Shown here one piece after another: positions 13,175 to 25,680 of a DNA stretch of 64,000 nt. Origin of the DNA: Okamejei kenojei (taxonomy: Eukaryota); assembly GCA_035221665.1 (NCBI GenBank), contig CM069164.1:26412001-26476000 (forward strand). Direction: 5' to 3'. A program made the translations under genes and the position numbers. Under the pieces are notes generated by a model, which was given only the letters and a program-made list of their open reading frames with translations, did no database searches and was not told where the DNA came from. How positions within the stretch are numbered: the stretch's first letter is position 1; each line of letters opens with the position of its first letter.

Positions 13175-13878
13175 GGAATCTCAAGAACAACTACAACGTG
13201 CTGAGGCTCTGTAAGTCACTGGTCAGGCTGCATTTGGAGTACTGTCAGCAAATGTGGGCTGCATATCTGAGGAAGGATGTGCTGGCTCTGGAGAGGGTCC
13301 AGAGGAGGTTTACAAGAATGATCCCACGATTTAGCATATGATGAGCACTTGACAGCACTGGGCCTCTACTCACTGGAGTTTCGAAGGTTGAGGGGGAACC
13401 TCATCGAAATTTACAGAATAATGAAAGGCACAGAGAGACTGGATGTGGAAAGGATATTTCCACTGGTGGCAGAGTCCAGGACCAGAGGTCATAGCCTCAG
13501 AATTAAAGGAGGTTGAGGAGCAACTTCTTTAGTCAGAGGATAGTTCATCTGTGGAACTCATTGCTGCAGAGGGCTGTGGAGGCCAAGTCAGTGGATATAT
13601 TTAAGGCAGCGATAGACAAGTTCTTGATTTGAATGGGTGTCAAGGGTTATAGACAATAGACAATAGACAATAGGTGCAGGAAGAGGCCATTCGGTCCCTT
13701 GAGCCAGCACCACCGTTCACTGTGATCATGGCTGATCACCCACAATCAGTACCCCGTCCCTGCCTTCTCCCCATATCCCCTGACTCCGCTATCTTTAAGA
13801 GCTCAATCTAACTTATGGGGAGAAGACAGGAATATGTGATTAAGAGGCAGAGATCAGCCATGATTGAATGGCGCAGTA
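13175..13878 (+). mobile_element. CR1 LINE ORF2 C-terminal fragment with an inverted CR1 tail nested at ~13651-13812
   Basis: LCKSLVRLHLEYCQQMWAAYLRKDVLALERVQRRFTRMIP is the typical CR1 ORF2 C-terminal region. Confidence 0.9.
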
Positions 13879-15032
13879 CACTTCATTTCTCTCCATTCTG
13901 GATGGCTTCCAATAATTCTTATCCATTCAGCTTTTCCTGGATAAGATATGTTGCGTTTCCTTTGAGATTGAGCTGCACAGGTGTTGACGAGAGAAGAGCT
14001 GAAATGACTCAGCCAAAGGCAAATAATAACAAGTATGATAACTATAGAGACTCAGTGACATCAAACAGGTAACTGTCTGCCCGGATCACAAGGAACTGCA
14101 GATGCTGGGATCTTGAGTGAAACGCATGGTGCTGGAGGAACTCAAAGGGTCAGGCAGCATCTGCAGAGGGAAGGTGTCGGGCGACGTTTCAGAACTGGAT
14201 TCTTCTTCCGAGATTCAAAGTGGTTGGGAGAAGCACCAGACTAGAGATTAAGAAACAAACTTCAACAAAGGAACTACAGATGCTGCTTTACACCGAAGAT
14301 AGACACAAAATGTTGGAGTAACTCAGCTGGACAGGCAGCATCTCTGGAGAGAAGGAATGGGTGACGTTTCCGATCAAGACCCTTCTTCAGACTGAAGTGG
14401 GCATTGGCGATGCAGAAAGACTGTGTGTAAACTCACAAGCTCACAAGTCAGAGGAGCAGAATTAGGCCATTTGGCCCATTGAATCAACTCCATGGCTGAT
14501 CTATCGTTCCCTCTCAACCCCATTCTATTACCTTCTCCAATGGCCGTCCACCCAAATCAGGCATGAAGTGCTCCTCATTCTCCCCCCCCCCCCCCCCCCC
14601 CCGTCCCACCTTGCAGCAGGAGTGAAGTCACCCTCCAGAGCCCACCCTCTCCGCACCTTTCATAGTTGGCCTTGCCGCCTCAGAAAATGCCCCCACCCTC
14701 TCCTTTCTGATTCCGCTGCCCCACCCAACGAGGAGAAGATGAGGGGAAACTGAGTTAAGGCGGCAGAGACAAGGGCACGGAGCCTCAGGCCCTAATGACA
14801 AACGTGGAAATTAAATTTGTGACCCATACAACCAGCGTCTCATATTGCCTATGCGTGGAAGGGTAATATATAAGCCAAGATTTGTTTTCACTCTTAACAC
14901 ATGAGCGTCTTTAATATGTGTTTTAGCATTGCATCAACAGCAGGGAAAACTGAATGTGTGAACCCAACATCCTGAAGAGCCTTCAATGATTCTGTGCTCC
15001 CTCTGTCTTTTATACCTTCAAGACTGCTGTCT

Positions 15033-15316
15033 CGATCTAAAGGGGCTGCTCCTTGCCTTCTGGCTGTATTTCACACCCGCCATCCTCATTTTTGGACACC
15101 CTGTGCATAGAGGAGAGGATAGGGGCTGAGAATGTCCTGGTTGGGTTTGCTCCTGGGCCTGGCCAAGCTGGCCATCCGCGAGTCACGGTGCCAGGCGGAT
15201 AAGGGCTCTGCCCGGGCCGGCTGCCTGCCCCTATTCCGAGGTTACGGGTGGCACTAGAGAGGGACTATGCGCTGTCCACAGGCACCCTGGGGGATTTCCA
15301 GGACCGCTGGGCACCG

Positions 15317-15348
<32 letters not shown>

Positions 15349-15519
15349 AGAATGCATCCTTAATAACGCTGGTGATAAAGTTGGATAATATTATATTTGG
15401 TATTGATGAATATTTGTTTGACTTGTATTATGGTGGTGGATTTTGTTTTGAATTATTATTTTCTACTGTACATATGATTGTAAATAACTGAATAAATTAT
15501 TTTTGGTTATATTAAAAAA
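15033..15519 (+). mobile_element. Tx1/L1-clade LINE 3' fragment
   Basis: Encodes FWLYFTPAILIFGHP..LLLGLAKLAIRESR..FQDRWAP (frameshifted), then an AT-rich UTR, AATAAA and A tail; flanked by a ~48-bp direct repeat. Confidence 0.7.
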
Positions 15520-18369
15520 AATGGTTCTGTGCTCTCTGTGTGTCTTTTATACCTTCAAGACTGCTGTCTTTGCAAACTGATGCCTGTGATCTCTGACCCA
15601 GGATTATCCAGTGTGAGACACACAGCGACATTACTGTTCCACAGAGGCCAGTGAATGGAAGAACCCTGGCCAGAGATTCTGAATAACCTTATCTTGAGGG
15701 ACTTATAAAACCGTTTTAATTATACCTCAAATCAATGGTTTATAAGATTGCATGGAAACCAAACTAACATCCGTAGCCTGGACTCCGATATACCTTCTCT
15801 AGTAAACCATGATCAGGTGTTTTCTTTTTTCACTTCATTTCGTTAGTGTCGATCGTCGTGAGTTTTGCAATTGAGTTTTCCGAAAGAACTGGATATGCGA
15901 CGCTTCACGGGTTTATCTCTGGGAATGTGCTGAGAAGGGAACTTGGATTGAAGAGCAGTCTTTTATACGGGCCACTCAGGATTAGAGTTTTTATGCTGTT
16001 TATTGTTGATGTTCTGCTGATTGGAAAATCTTGGATGTTTGTACGTGTGGCTCATGGCTGGACTGGTCCCAGCTTTTGAAAGCAGCTTGAAATCTGGGCC
16101 AAGTAAGTGTGGGAATCTTCGGATGGGAAACTTTGAGATGTTTACTACTCAGTGTATCATGTTCCAAAAGATACAGAGCAGAGAAATGAAGCGTTCTCTG
16201 ACAAAGGTCACAAGTTCATAAGTGATAGGAGTAGAATTAGGCCGTTCGGCCCATCAAGTCTACTCCGCCATTCAATCATGGCTGATCTACGTATCTCTCC
16301 CTCTTAACGCCATTCTCCTGCCTTCTCCCCATAACCCCTGACACCCGTACTAAAGCTGCATTTATTTATTTATTCTTTAAAGTCTCAAATAGGCACAATG
16401 CACTAAAATGTTCCATTACTGAACACTGAGGCTGGGGCTAATTAATTATGTGTTATATATGGCTCGATTGTAATCATGTTTTGTCATTCCACTGACCGCC
16501 AGCCTCCACCACCCGGCTTCTCCTGGGAGGGCTTCAGGTTACTTATTTTTGCTGCAAAAAACATAAAATTCAGGCACCCAGTATGAAGCACAAGGAACCT
16601 CTGATTTTTCATCCAGTGGGAAAAATAAGAAGGACCATATTTTCCGTTGGTCAACACAAAGAAATTAAACTGTTTGATGACAATACAATTTATCAAGATT
16701 TGTTGCTGCCAAACATGAAACCACTGAGCCAAAGACACAAAGTGCTGGAGTAGCCCAGTGGGTCAGGCATCATCTCTGGAGAGGTCAGAAGAAGATTCAC
16801 GACCTGAAACATCACCTATTCCTTATCTCCCAGGATGCTGCCTGACCCACTGAGTTACTCCAGCACTCTGTGTTTTCTTTTCTAAAAAAGCATCTGCAGT
16901 TCCTGGTATCTACCACCTATCACTTGCCAGGATAGACACAGAATGCTGGAGTAAGTCAGCGGGACAGGCAGCATCTCTGGAGAGAAGGAATGGGATGTCT
17001 ATCTTTGGTTTAAACCAGCATCTGCAGTTGCTTCTTATCACTTGCCAGGCTTTGTCTCGCTTCCAATTCTCTTCTAATTTCTCCCCCACTACTAGAATCA
17101 GTCTGAAGAAGGATCCCGACCTTAAATGTTATATCTTCAGTACAAACCAGCATTTGCAGTTTCTTCCTACACATCTCTGGAGAACATGGATAGGTGACGA
17201 TTTTTCAGATTACAGATACAGTATGTCTTGAAACTACAGATATGTCTTAAAAACACACTTCATCCACTAATATTGTTCAAGGAGCTAAACCTACCACGCT
17301 TACCCAATCTGGTCTACATGTGTGACTCTACACCAACAAATCCGACTGCCTACGTAGGCAAGAAAAAATAAATCTCAACCACCTCCCTTTGTTCAGGCCA
17401 AACCTCTGGGTAAAGTCAGACATCAACAGTTGACATTCACCCCTGCCTTCAAAGTACCAGCTCAGCCTTTGTTCAGATGACGAAGAAGAAGGCATTTGAA
17501 GGTGGCGACACAAAGCTTACCGTCTCGACTGGGCAGTGGTGACCTTTGCACTGCTCTGTGTTTCCAAAATGTGGACAGAATTTCGCTGAGATGCTCAAAG
17601 CCCGAGAACATTCAAAACTGAGTTTTGAGTCAAGAGTCAAGAATATTTAATGGTCGTCTGTACTGACAATGGAACAACCCAGATCTTCTCAGACGGTTTG
17701 TGGGGATTGAGGGTGACTTACTTCCAGTTCAGTTTTACTGGTTTGGAGATGGGTGAAGAAGCCAATTTAACATCTATAGATTCTTCCACTGTTGGGGCAG
17801 GCAGGCGGGAGAGTAGTTTATGATGTTGTATGTTCCCTACACAACGTGTGCTCCTCGTGCACACTCTCAATATTCCCAGTGGCACGCTGATTCCCCATTC
17901 TCCATTTTATTGTGTCATGGGGTCATACAGCGCGTAAACAGGCCCTTGGGCCCAACCTATCCTAACCGTCTTGTGGGAAGGAACTGCAGATGCTGGTTTA
18001 CACCAAAGGTAGACACAAAATGCTCTGTGTAACTCTGCGGGGCAGGCAGCATCTCTGGAGAGAAAGAATGGGTGACATTTGGGATCTTCTGACTGGGTCT
18101 CTGTCTATCTTGCCGTCTTACAGCTGGGCAGAATGGCCTGTTTCCGTGCTGTTATCACTTACGAACATATGTCAACAAATCCGACCATGACATATATTCA
18201 TAAGTGATAGGAGCAGAATTAGGTCATTCAGCCCATCAAGTCTACTCCGCCATTCAATCATGGCTGATCTAACCCCATTCTACTGCCTTTTTCCCATAAC
18301 TGTGAGTCTAACTCAAGCAATCAATGTAGACAATTAGTGTTAGGCAGGAAATGCTGGACTTTTCCTCTT

Positions 18370-18710
18370 GAGATCGGAACAAATCTGGTAGATGCATAGA
18401 TTCTCTTGCCCAGAGTAGGGGAATCGAGGACCGGAGGACATAGGTTTAAGGTGAATGGGAAAAGATTTAATAGGAATCTGAGGGGTAACATTTTCACAGG
18501 AAGGGTGGTGGGTGTATGGAATGAGCTTGCCGTGGAGGTAATTGAGGCAGAGACCATCACAACGCTTAAGAAACAATGTCATGTACGTAGATAGGACAGG
18601 TTTGGATGCAGGCAGGTGGGACTAGTGCAGCTGGGTCATGTTGGCTGGGGTGGACAAGTTGGGCTGAAGGGCCTGTTTCCTCGCTGTATGACCCTGCGAC
18701 TCCATGATTC
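18370..18710 (+). mobile_element. CR1 LINE 3' fragment
   Basis: PRVGESRTGGHRFKVNGKRFNRNLRGNIFTGRVVGVWNEL followed by the 3'UTR. Confidence 0.88.
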
Positions 18711-19854
18711 TGACCGAAAGAAAGTAAAGCAAAACGATCGACAAAAGAATAAATGTGCCGGAAAAGACAGTGAATAAAATGGTTATTTTCCAGACTATTG
18801 AATAATAATTAATGTTAGACCATAACGACTCAGGATATCCTGCAATCAGCGTTCAACTTTTAGTGGAAAGAAGGAAGAATTCAATCACCTGTATTGGAAA
18901 CCTGCATCAACTGTTTACTCAGTGTGGACTTTCGTGACTTTAATCAATGTGCCTCATTTTGGATGAACATCAATCAGCTTCATTCCGAGCCAGCTACGGT
19001 GGAATTTGAATGCTGTGCTATAGTTCCAATAATGATTTGCTGTCATATCACTAATAGAATAACTTGAAAAGCAAAAGGTCTATTGCAGAATAACTAGTTC
19101 TTCTTGAGCTTGACTCCCTGGGGGGTCCCCGGAAGCTATCCTTCCTAAACTCCGCTAGTTATTCCCAGCTACTCCCCTGATTTGACTAGGATTTTGCCCA
19201 CATCGGGATTCAAGGCTAGATAGTAGACTGACTAAAACGGCATGTGCACACACCTTTTCTTGGATGCCTCAGAAATTCATGCTGCGAAAATGAGGCATGA
19301 AGTCCAGCATTTTAAAACATGTCATGATATCTATTCACTGGTGAATCTAAAGGCAGGAGCTACAGTACAACTCCACTAACCTTGACTTGGTGTTTTTCTT
19401 TTATATACAGTATGAAAACCTCTAATCAAACTTCTTGGTTAGTGTTTTTACAATGTGTTATGCAAATCTAATCATTTTGATTAATTTTCCACTCACTTCT
19501 AATTAAATGAATTGACTAGTTAATTGAGTCTATCAATTTAAATTTGGATGTAAAATTTCATTAGCTTCTGTGGAGTGCTGGGAGGAAGATGTGTTAAAGG
19601 ATTCAGAACTGTGTCAGCAGGGTTAGGACAACTGTGGTTAATATCTTGTTTAACAAGAGAACCTATGTCACTTTCATACCATCCGAGCTGTCAGCACTGA
19701 GTCACTGTTTAAACCCCCACCTGTATGTGTGTCTTTTAAGGTATCAGTTTGTTTCGAGGAGATAAAGAGGGTCAATATCTTGAGATAGACACAAAATGCT
19801 GGAGTAACTCAGCGGGACAGGAAGCATCTCTGATGTTTCGGGTCAAGACACTTG

Positions 19855-20175
19855 AGTTTAGTTTAGTTCAGAGGTACAGCACGGAAACAGGCCCTTCGGC
19901 CCACCGAGACTGCGCCGACCAGCGATCCCCGCACACTAACACTATCCTACACACACCAGGGACAATTGACACTTACAGTAAGCCAATTCACCTACGTACT
20001 TGTATGTTTTTTGGAGTGTGGGAGGCAACCAAAGATCTCGGAGAAAACCCACGCAGGTCACGGGGGGAACGTGCAAACTCCGTACAGACGGCACCAGAAG
20101 TCTGGATCAAAGTCGGGTCTCTGGTGCTGCAAGGGCTATAAGGCAGCAACTCTACCGCTGCGCCACCCTGCCGCC
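19855..20175 (-). mobile_element. V-SINE (HE1-like)
   Basis: Full-length copy, minus strand. Confidence 0.85.
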
Positions 20176-21365
20176 CTTCTTCAGACTAGTTAGGGACAAC
20201 GAAAACTAGGGTTATAGACCAAGATGTAGAGAGACAAAGAACACTTTATGGCCGAGAATTCAGACAGGATTTCAAGCAGAAATATAGTGTAGTGTATCCT
20301 ATATGGTGCGTGTTCCTCATGCCATAATTTGGTGCCAGATACGCACTATTGCCGTGTGAACAATGACTCCAAAATAACTGTAGTTTAGTCTTGAGATACA
20401 GCGAGGAAACAGGCCCCTCGGCCCACAGTGGCACAGTTGGGGATTTGCTGCTTCAAAGCGCCAGAGACCGAGCTTGGTATAATTGTAAAAGAATTGTCCC
20501 TAGTGTGTGTAGAATAGTTCTAGTGTGCGGGGATCGCTGGTCGGAGCAGATTCAGTGGGCCGAAGGGCCTGTTTCCGTGCTGTATCTCTGAACTAAACTA
20601 AACCAGCTGTACCCATTCCTTCTCTCCAGAGATGCTGCCTGTCTCGCTGAGTTACTCCAGCATTTCGTGTCTATCTCCATGTTAAACTACGCCAGCGATC
20701 CCCAAGCACTAACATTATCCGACGCACATAAGTGACAATTTACTGTTTTTCCATGCTAAGGTGTTCATATTGCATCTGGTCTGCACCAAATATGTCAGCC
20801 TTGATGTGCAGGAAGGAACTGCAGATGTTGGTTTACATTGAAAATAGACGGGAGATAGTCAAGAGGGAGTTAGATTTAGCTCTTAGGGCTAAAGAAATCA
20901 AGGGATATGGGGAAAAAGCAGGAACGGGTTACTGATTTTAGACGATCAACAGTGGTCATATTGAATGGCGATGCTGGCTCGTAGGGCCAAACGGCCTACT
21001 CCTGCACCTATTTTTCTATGTTTGTATGTTTCTACAAAATGCTGGTGTAACTGAGCGTCTCCGGAGAGAAGGAATAGGTGACGTTTCAGGTCGAGACGCA
21101 GTCTTGATGTTGTCACTGGGAACAAAGTAATTAAAAAATCATAGTGTGCAGGAGGGAACTGCAGATGCTGGTTTAAACCGAAGATAGACACAAAATGCTG
21201 GAGTAACTCTGCGGGACTGGCAACATCTCTGGATAGAAGGAACGGGAGATGTTTCGGGTCAAGACCCTTCTTAAATTAATTCTGTGGTTCTATTGTCCTT
21301 CTCTGCAATTAATTCTGTGGTTCTATTGTCCTTCTCTGATGCAGAGAAGGACAATAGTCTGCATT

Positions 21366-21655
21366 GGGGTGGCACGGTGGTGCAGCGGCAGAGTTGCTGC
21401 TTTCCTGCGACAGAGACCCGGGTTCGATCCTGATTACGGGTGCTATCTACACGGAGTTTGTACATTCTCCCTATGACCTGTGTGGGTTTCCCCCGGGTGC
21501 TCCCGTTTCCACCCACACTCCAAAGACATACGGGTTTTTGGGTCAATTGGCTTCAGTAACATTGTACAATAGTGTTAGTGTGCGGGGTGACCATCGCTGA
21601 GTCTGTGGGCCGAAGGACTCGTTTCCGCACTGCATCTCTAAACTAAACCAAACTA
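21366..21655 (+). mobile_element. V-SINE (HE1-like)
   Basis: A/B boxes, V-domain and (AAACT)n tail. Confidence 0.85.
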
Positions 21656-22330
21656 ATGTCTCACATCCCTACCGACAATAACACACTCATGCTCACACTC
21701 ACATACAAACACACACGTCGCACTTGCGCAAGCTAAAAAGACAGAAACAATTGCTTCTGTTCGTTACTTCACCGCAAAGTGCCTGGGTAATTAACTATTA
21801 AAGCCACGAGGTTGGATAAGGCAGGCCCAGGAAAAATAGAATTGAAGCTGTACCATTCTGAGCATTTGCATTCTTTTGAAAGCTGATACATGATATTCCC
21901 TGACGGGCCTCGTAACTAGCAGATATAATTTGATGCACCACGTCTAAAAGCCACAAAGCATAATTGCTTTGAAAGTGTGCATTCATTTATTTAGTTGTAA
22001 ACTTGTGGGAGCAGCTGCTCTGTCCCTGGCACCATGATTGTTCTGCAATGGGCTGCAGTGAGAACATGTACCCTCATGTCTCTGATCCCTTCATTCACCT
22101 TTTGGGATTCATAGCAAGTCTGGCAAAATGCCGGCTCAACATCAGCAAGTTCAGAATTAAAGGACGTTCCTTCAGGAAGGAGATAAGGAGGAATTTCTTT
22201 AGGTGAATCTGTGGAATTCATTAAAAACAGAAGGCTGTGGAGGTCAAGTGAATGGATATTTTTAAGGCGGAGATTGATAGATTCTTGATTAGTGCGGGTG
22301 TCAGAGGTTATGGGGAGAAGGCAGGAGGAT

Positions 22331-22441
22331 CAGTGGCGGACTGGCCAGGGTGTCAACTTGCCCAGTGGCAAGTGGGCCCCTGATGAAGTGGGCCCCCTTT
22401 GTCTCCTGGCAACCAATATTTTTAGACCCAGTCCGCCACTG
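22331..22441. mobile_element. hAT-superfamily MITE (111 bp) inserted in a CR1 3' end
   Basis: Perfect 14-bp TIRs CAGTGGCGGACTGG/CCAGTCCGCCACTG; exact 8-bp TSD AGGAGGAT at 22323-22330 and 22442-22449. Confidence 0.92.
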
Positions 22442-22652
22442 AGGAGGATGGGGTTAAGAGGGAAAGATTGCTCAGCCGTGATTGAATGGTGGAGTAGTCC
22501 TGATGGGCCAAATGGCCTAATTCTGTTCCAATCTCTTATGAACTTACATTTGCTACAAGTGCCTTGACTCCAAAACTAAAAACGTGCTGAGGGGCTGCAC
22601 GATGGAGCAGTGGTGGAGTTGCTGCCTCGCAGCGCCAGAGACCCGGGCAAAT

Positions 22653-22728
22653 CAGATGGCGAGATGTGTATTCAGCTCCGGCTGAACAACTTCTAATCTT
22701 GTGTGTGGACTCGAAGCAGATGAAGAAG
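22653..22728 (+). mobile_element. 5'-truncated copy of the family-B short retroposon (see 54847-55007)
   Basis: CAGATGGCGAGATGTGTATTCAGCTCCGGCTGAACAACTTCTAATCTTGTGTGTGGACTCG..GAAGAAG aligns with the 3' half of the 54847-55007 element. Confidence 0.75.
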
Positions 22729-23591
22729 CTAGTGAGGAAAGTAAATCACTCATTGAATCTTGAAAAAACAACTGCAAATTGCACACAAAATGTGTAGGAA
22801 GGAACTGCAGATGCTGGTTTAAACCGAAGATAGACACAAAATGCTGGAGCAACACAGCAGGACAGGCAGCATCTCTGGAGAGAATGAATGGGTGACGTTT
22901 CGGGTCGAGACCCCTCTTCAGACTGAGGGCTCGCTGAGTTACTCCAGCATTTTGCATCTATCTCCAAATTGCACCGGTTATCTTATTAATAGATTGGCCG
23001 CAGACTGCAGCCTCCCCTTGTTTAACATTGCATTTGTACTATTCTTCTCAGTTCATATATTTAATACAGGGGTGCTGGAGGACAGTAAGACATTTTGTGA
23101 GTGAAAAATACGGCGCAGGAGAAGATTAAGGATACCTGTGACATGCCTTATTCATCTCTGATACACATCTTTGTCCTGATTATTGATTACCTTGTTCGCC
23201 ATTGTTGAATTAATTACTACGGATGGTGCACTATTCAAAGTGCTGGAATTAGAACTCGGCTGAAATTTATGGCTGATGAGGGGCGCGAGCGACATCAAGG
23301 ATATCTCTGGTCTGACGGTGAGTTATGGCCTTCCTTCCCCGAGTGTGAATGACACCGGCACTTGTGAGTAATGGAGCTCTTTCCGCACAAGTGAGCGGAC
23401 GCCTGGACCTCCCTGTGAACGGTGAAATAATATGTTTATTCTTGGCATGTGGGGGGGGGGGGGGGGTGGGGGGAAGAGGGGGAGGGGGAGCAGGAAGTGG
23501 GTAGGAGGAAGGTGATGAGACAATCTCGAGGGAGTCAAGAGTCAAGAGTGTTTTATTGTCAAGTGCCCCAGGTTGCACAATGAAATTCTTA

Positions 23592-23811
23592 AAGGCCTGT
23601 CCCACTTGGGCGTCATTTGCGTGTCAAGCAGACGGCGTGTAAAGATTTTGTACATCCCAAACATCACTGCCTGCGTCACCACGCATCATGCTCGCGTAAT
23701 GCACACCGTGTACGCATCATGTGCGCGGCATTACACGTGCTTCGTGTGTCCTGACGCGTAAATGATGATGCGTAAATTACGCGCAAATTATGCCCAAATG
23801 GGACAGGCCCT
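23592..23811. mobile_element. PIF/Harbinger-type MITE
   Basis: TIRs AAGGCCTGTCCCACTTGGGC../..GCCCAAATGGGACAGGCCCT; inserted at the TTA of a LINE tail (TTA/ATA flanks). Confidence 0.8.
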
Positions 23812-25157
23812 ATACTTGCTGCAGCACAACAGAATATGTAATGATCATATTGAATAGCGGTGCTGGCTCGAAGGGCCGAATGGCCGACTCCTGCAAGGTG
23901 CCTATTGTCTATTGTAAACATAGTGGACTATAGACAACATAATAAACGTGAGAGAAAGTTCAAAGAAAAAATGTTACATGTATACCATACTCCCATGTAC
24001 ACATATATACAGATCATATATTTTATAATATATATTTATATACACACACAATCACGCATACATACACATAAGAAACAAACAAACAATAATAGTGCAATAA
24101 TAACAATAATAGTTCAGAACTCATTTGAGGTTAATTGGCTTGGTATAAATGTAAAAATGATCCCTAGTGTGTGTAGGATAGTGTTAATATGTGGAATCGC
24201 TGGTCGGCACGGACTCGGTGGGCCGAAGGGCCTGTTTCCACACTGTATCTCGAAACTAAACTGAAACGATATATATGCAGAATAAATACCGGTTTTCCTC
24301 ACGTTAACACTCAGAGCAGAATCTTTCCACAATCATAAACTAAATGATGTTTTACATTTCGTTGAGTGAGTCTATACTGCTCTGTTTTATACAGAGGGTG
24401 ATTTCTAACTGGTTAGCATCCAGGTCGAGATCCTATCGTCGGTGTATTTCCATCGCCCATCCGCAAAGTAGTAAACTAATTAGAAAGCTTTGCATTTTAT
24501 AATAATTGACTTTTCATCAGTTATGACATTTTGAATACAGGCCTTTTTTTTGCATTTCCTCTTTAACTCGGTGACAGCTCGAACATCTGATAAATTACAA
24601 TAACTTTCCTTGACATTTGCTGCTGGCCGATTCACACACATTAATCAGCAATGTTTTGTTTTCACATTTTTTAAATCTTTCCCGTCACATTTTTTTTTTA
24701 ATCCCCAACCAAACACCAGCTATCAGATAAGTGATTGAAAGAGCTGATAAAAGAGGATTCCGATCAAGATTTCTTTTCCTCTCTTCTCTTTCCTTGAATT
24801 CTTCCCTTTTTTCTCTGTAGTGAGAGAGTGTCCACTGAGACCTTTCCCTTGAGCTGATTTCAAGAAAGAAAAGGGCAAAGATATTCTCTGTGCCTGAGGA
24901 CAGGCCATAAAGGTCAGGACATCTCCCAACCTCTGTTTAGCCTCTTTGTCCAGCGCTAGACTAAGGTGCCCTTTATGGGCAGAGGGCAGAGCAAGGTTTT
25001 TTTCAAGTTATAAGTAACTATCAGAACTCCAGAGTGATTGTGAATCCCGTCATTGCTCTTTAAAAAAAACCTGTTCACTTTGAGTGTGATATCCATTTAT
25101 ATTACGTTTTATGTACAAAGCATTTGGATCAAATGATTACTGAATCATCCTTAGCCT

Positions 25158-25326
25158 GAGACCTCGGTTCGATCCTGGCTGCGGGTGTCTGTCTGTACGG
25201 GGTTTGTACCTTCTCCCCGTGACCTGCGTGGGTTTTCTCCGAGATCTTCGGTTTCCTCCCACATGCCAAGGACATACAGGCCTGTAGGTTAATTGGCTTG
25301 GTGTAAAATGTAAAAAAAATATTGTC

Positions 25327-25360
<34 letters not shown>

Positions 25361-25440
25361 AGTAGTGTTAATGTGCGGGGATCGCTGGTCAGTGTGGACT
25401 TTATACGCCAAAGGGCCTGGATCAGCACTGTATCTCTAAA
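25158..25440 (+). mobile_element. V-SINE, 5' truncated, with an internal (GT)n expansion at ~25329-25358
   Basis: B box, V-domain and tail present. Confidence 0.8.
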
Positions 25441-25680
25441 CCACCACAACTAGAGAGCAGTGCTGAACTACTATCTACCTCATCGGTAGCCCTTGGCCTA
25501 TCTTTGATCGGACTTTACTGGCTTTACCTTGCACTAAACGTTATTCCCTTTATCATGATTCTTTACACTGCTAATGGCTTGATGGTAATCATGTATTGTC
25601 TTGCCGCTGACTGGATAGCAGGCAACAAAAGCTTTTCACTGTACCTCGGTGCACGTGACAATAAACTAAACTGAACTGAA
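25441..25680 (+). mobile_element. Rex1/Babar-like LINE 3' UTR and tail
   Basis: AGAGAGCAGTGCTGAACTACTATCTACC..GTGACAATAAACTAAAC recurs at ~39230 and at 56533/58554. The 39180 copy follows a degenerate version of the TRxRNSFFP-type ORF end seen at ~4342. Confidence 0.6.

Noticed and set aside
13981-14068. Possible exon (CAG/GTGTTG..AACAG/GTAACT)
   Set aside because: Weak polypyrimidine tract, an unrecognisable peptide and no partner exons; not supportable without RNA data.
15318-15347. Long poly-G/poly-C tracts (also ~11305, ~14582, ~23451) as functional G-quadruplexes
   Set aside because: They are homopolymers mostly within or next to repeats, their lengths may be sequencing-dependent, and there is no evidence of function.
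22380-22400. CTGATGA hammerhead-like start inside the hAT MITE (also at 1881)
   Set aside because: No stem II followed by GAAA at the right distance.
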